Source: an uncultured Victivallales bacterium (GTDB taxonomy: Bacteria; Verrucomicrobiota; Lentisphaeria; Oligosphaerales; JABHEG01). Taken from it: 64,000 bases of DNA. The stretch's first letter is position 1; each line of letters starts with the position of its first letter. Made by a program: the position numbers and the translations under genes. The notes beneath the pieces are model-generated. The model worked only from the letters and a program-made list of their open reading frames with translations, ran no database searches and had not been told where the DNA came from. Of the stretch, positions 61,661 to 64,000 are shown one piece after another. The stretch covers positions 22,194-86,193 of the forward strand of contig CAZSNT010000012.1 of NCBI GenBank assembly GCA_964607765.1, given 5' to 3'.

Positions 61661-63628
61661 CTATTCCCCAAGCGATTCGTTATACTCGCGCCAGACGCGC
61701 GCCAGCATCTCGTAGTCCTGCTCCTCAAAGCGCTCGCGCGTGGTCTCGATGCCGCTCACGTAGTAGGTGCAGGGATTGCCGATGCTGGGCTGGAACTCAG
61801 CATACTCGCGCCAGGCCTCGAGGCTCGGCATCGGGTGCTGATCGGTGTGAACCGCGCAGCCGGGAGCGACGCGGTGAGCGATCTTGGCGCGGTGCTCCAT
61901 CTGCGGCACGATGCTCTTCATGTCCGTGTAGATGTCCTGCAGCCGCAGCATGTCGACAACGTCGTTGAAGTACGGGTTGAAGGTGTGGCTGATGATCAAC
62001 GCGTCGGACTTCGCCGCCTTGGCCGCGTCGTAGTAGAGCTTGATCATCAGGTGCAGCGATTCGACACCCCAGGCGGTCGGCTCGGCGCGCGGCGTGATCG
62101 GCTTGGTGCCCCGGTACTTGGGGATGAAGTGGGTGTAGTCGAACTCGAAGCCGTCGGCATCCAGGCCCTCGGGCGAGAGCAGGTAGTGGATCTTCTCCCG
62201 GACCCGGGCCACATAGGCCGCGTTCTGCGGGTCGGCGGTGTAGCGCCAGTTGGCATCGGTGAGGGTCGGGGCGGGCAGCGGGTAGTCGCGTCGGACCTTC
62301 TTGTGTTCGCGCTTGCAGGCCGCGTAGAACACGTCGGTGTCGATGTCGAGATCGAAGAGATCGTCTTCGTCCACGACCATGTGCTCGGCGATGGGCACAT
62401 CCTTGCCCTTGGACATGCGGCAGTAACTCCATGGCGAGGCCCAGAGGATGACCTTGCGGCCTTTCTCGTGCTGAGCCGCGATGAAGCCCTTCAAGTCCGG
62501 CCACAGGTCCTCGGCCACATCCAATGCGGCGCCATTCTTGAACCAGCGGTTGTCGATGATCAGGATGGTGGGGTCGACGCCCTTTGATTCGAGCGTCGCC
62601 AGCATCTCTTCGTAGGCTGCCTGGGTGCAGAAGCCGTCCACATTGTCATGCGACCAGTCATCGTAGTCGCCGCAGAAGAAGTTGTCCCAGCGGTTGGAGT
62701 GGAAGACCTGCTCGCCCCAGCCGCCGAAGATCGGCTTCCGCCACCAGAGCGGGGTGTTGCTGCGGTCGACCTCTTTCATGCAGCCGGTCTGGCGCAGTAC
62801 GTCCACGTACTTGTCAAGCGCTGCATACTCGTCGCGTGGCGACTCCTGGATGACGATGCGCGGGCTCTCCCACTTGCCGTCCACAACGGTGTAGCCCATG
62901 TAGTCGAGCATCAAGCCGAAGCCTTCGCCGCCCTCGTATTTGTAGCCCATGAAGGCGGCCTCGCCGGGCTGCACAGCCAACCCCAGCGAGACCCAGCTCG
63001 CGCCGTTCTTCTTGCCCATCAGGTAGAGGAAGGGCGCCGGCGTCGCCAGCCAGTCGCCGCCGAAGTAGTGGCGATCGCCGTTGACGCGGATGTCGCAGCT
63101 CTCGTAGTACTGGAAGATCCGCTTGTCGGAGGAGTTGATGCAGAAGGAAAACACCTCGTCAAAGCCCGGTTCCGAGGAGGTAATGAAGTCCTTTAGCGGT
63201 CGATGATACGCGAGCTTGCGGTTGGGCCCGCAGAAGTACGGGTAGTAGTACTGTTCGAGCCGCGGGTCGTCCTGCCGGAAGCCCTCGAAGAAGCGGGCCG
63301 TCTCGAGCTGGCCCCGGCCGTGCACCGTATAACCGTACAGCACGGTTTCGGGCCGACACTCAAAGCGGTAGACAACCCGGTCCCAAAGCGTGGTCTTGCC
63401 GACAAAGGACAGCGTGATCCGGTCGCCTTCCTGCGTGACCTCCGGCGCTCCCAGATCGATCAACTCGTCGATGCCGTCATCGCGGTCGCAGCCGGATGCA
63501 ATGAAGAGTCGCGCGCCCACGCCGCTGCTGAAGGCGAGATCCACGAACAGGGGATCCTGGGCCGAGTACCGCAGTTCATAGGTCTCGCCCTTGAGGGATA
63601 GGCCGGCAGTGTCTTGGTTGATACGCAT
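61661..63628 (-). CDS. TIM-barrel glycoside hydrolase, GH31/GH36-clan-like, no signal peptide
   Basis: ORF 61661..63703 trimmed to ATG 63628 (AAGGAG 5 nt upstream). Blocks LIIDNRWF, LWPDLKGFIAAQHEKGRKVILWASPW and DGFEFDY resemble clan GH-D/GH31-type enzymes. The family is tentative. Confidence 0.45.
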   Translation of the reverse strand: MRINQDTAGLSLKGETYELRYSAQDPLFVDLAFSSGVGARLFIASGCDRDDGIDELIDLGAPEVTQEGDRITLSFVGKTTLWDRVVYRFECRPETVLYGYTVHGRGQLETARFFEGFRQDDPRLEQYYYPYFCGPNRKLAYHRPLKDFITSSEPGFDEVFSFCINSSDKRIFQYYESCDIRVNGDRHYFGGDWLATPAPFLYLMGKKNGASWVSLGLAVQPGEAAFMGYKYEGGEGFGLMLDYMGYTVVDGKWESPRIVIQESPRDEYAALDKYVDVLRQTGCMKEVDRSNTPLWWRKPIFGGWGEQVFHSNRWDNFFCGDYDDWSHDNVDGFCTQAAYEEMLATLESKGVDPTILIIDNRWFKNGAALDVAEDLWPDLKGFIAAQHEKGRKVILWASPWSYCRMSKGKDVPIAEHMVVDEDDLFDLDIDTDVFYAACKREHKKVRRDYPLPAPTLTDANWRYTADPQNAAYVARVREKIHYLLSPEGLDADGFEFDYTHFIPKYRGTKPITPRAEPTAWGVESLHLMIKLYYDAAKAAKSDALIISHTFNPYFNDVVDMLRLQDIYTDMKSIVPQMEHRAKIAHRVAPGCAVHTDQHPMPSLEAWREYAEFQPSIGNPCTYYVSGIETTRERFEEQDYEMLARVWREYNESLGE

Positions 63629-63724
63629 GTTCGCTCCTTGCTGTAATGGACGGGAGATCAAGGTGAGAGATCCGGGCGCAAAAGCAAGGCGGCAGACCGC
63701 CACAAATCCAACATTTCAGTCTTC

Positions 63725-63802
63725 GACCCTAATCTTCGACCCTAATCTTCGACCCTAATCTCCGACCCTAATCTCCGACCCTAATCTCCGACCCTAATCT
63801 TC
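63725..63802. repeat. Tandem array, 6 copies of a 13-bp unit GACCCTAATCT(T/C)C
   Basis: Six contiguous units are directly visible. The array starts about 97 nt upstream of ATG 63628, and its last unit overlaps the stop codon (63794-63796) of the next gene. Confidence 0.9.
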
Positions 63803-64000
63803 CACTCGATGCCCGTTGATGACGACGTCTGTAACCTGCCCGGCATAGGAGAACGGAGTCACATAGGGCCCGACCGGGGCGTACACGTCCCTGTTGGCTT
63901 TGGCTTCTCTTCTTCTTCCGGTTTCCGGCGGCGCGCGGGTCCAGATCGGCTGCGCCGCTCGATCCACTCGATTCCAGTCGATCACGTCGACTCTAGTCGA
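63794..64000 (-). CDS. C-terminal end of a protein with a LamG-like tail (partial, continues beyond window end)
   Basis: The minus frame is open from 64000 to the TAG at 63794. The tail ...DVYAPVGPYVTPFSYAGQVTDVVINGHRVED parallels ...RAPVGPYSAPFAYPGRIAEVIVNGANM in the mid module of 53446..56064, so it may be another sulfatase-LamG type protein. Confidence 0.5.
   Translation of the reverse strand, partial: STRVDVIDWNRVDRAAQPIWTRAPPETGRRREAKANRDVYAPVGPYVTPFSYAGQVTDVVINGHRVED

Noticed and set aside
63725-63802. Telomere-like CCCTAA within the 13-bp unit
   Set aside because: The hexamer is embedded in a longer 13-bp unit in the middle of an ordinary intergenic region flanked by genes on both sides. 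Nothing suggests a replicon end.

Overview
GC-rich bacterial chromosomal window. The gene content (dense Cys-type sulfatases, CxxCH propeller proteins, lectin-like modules, PDZ/HEAT giants) resembles a PVC-superphylum organism; that placement is inference only. Nearly everything is on the minus strand. Layout: (i) 1-2.8 kb holds a partial sulfatase and an AAA+ ATPase. (ii) 3.2-11.3 kb holds a translationally coupled three-gene operon of very large exported proteins. (iii) 11.7-14.9 kb holds the only plus-strand unit, an M48 metalloprotease followed by three tandem AIM24/TIGR00266 paralogs. (iv) From 15.1 kb to the window end, 28 consecutive minus-strand ORFs form a degradation array for a sulfated, probably acetylated, deoxyhexose-rich polysaccharide. 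The array carries 9 of the window's 10 intact CxPxR sulfatases, one internally deleted sulfatase paralog, and GH29, GH95-like, GH10, GH106-like, GH31-like, DUF4838-like and six-hairpin glycosidase-like proteins. It also carries two GH94 phosphorylases, SASA and SGNH esterases, an ASST-like propeller, a URO-D-like protein, one XylR/AraC regulator and an embedded HigB/HigA-like toxin-antitoxin pair. I recognised no tRNA, rRNA, CRISPR, transposase, integrase, transporter or sulfatase-maturase gene. Most worth a second look: the M48 + 3xAIM24 module; a family of 12-13 bp tandem-repeat arrays with nearby inverted partial copies in 5' regions of minus-strand genes; the coupled giant-protein operon with an exported FIST-lectin-propeller-CxxCH fusion; a sulfatase-LamG-SGNH fusion; an in-frame 804-nt deleted sulfatase paralog; a signal-peptide-less sulfatase/URO-D-like/ASST-like trio; and two orphan proteins (997 aa and 287 aa). 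All family calls come from reading motifs by eye; no database search was run.
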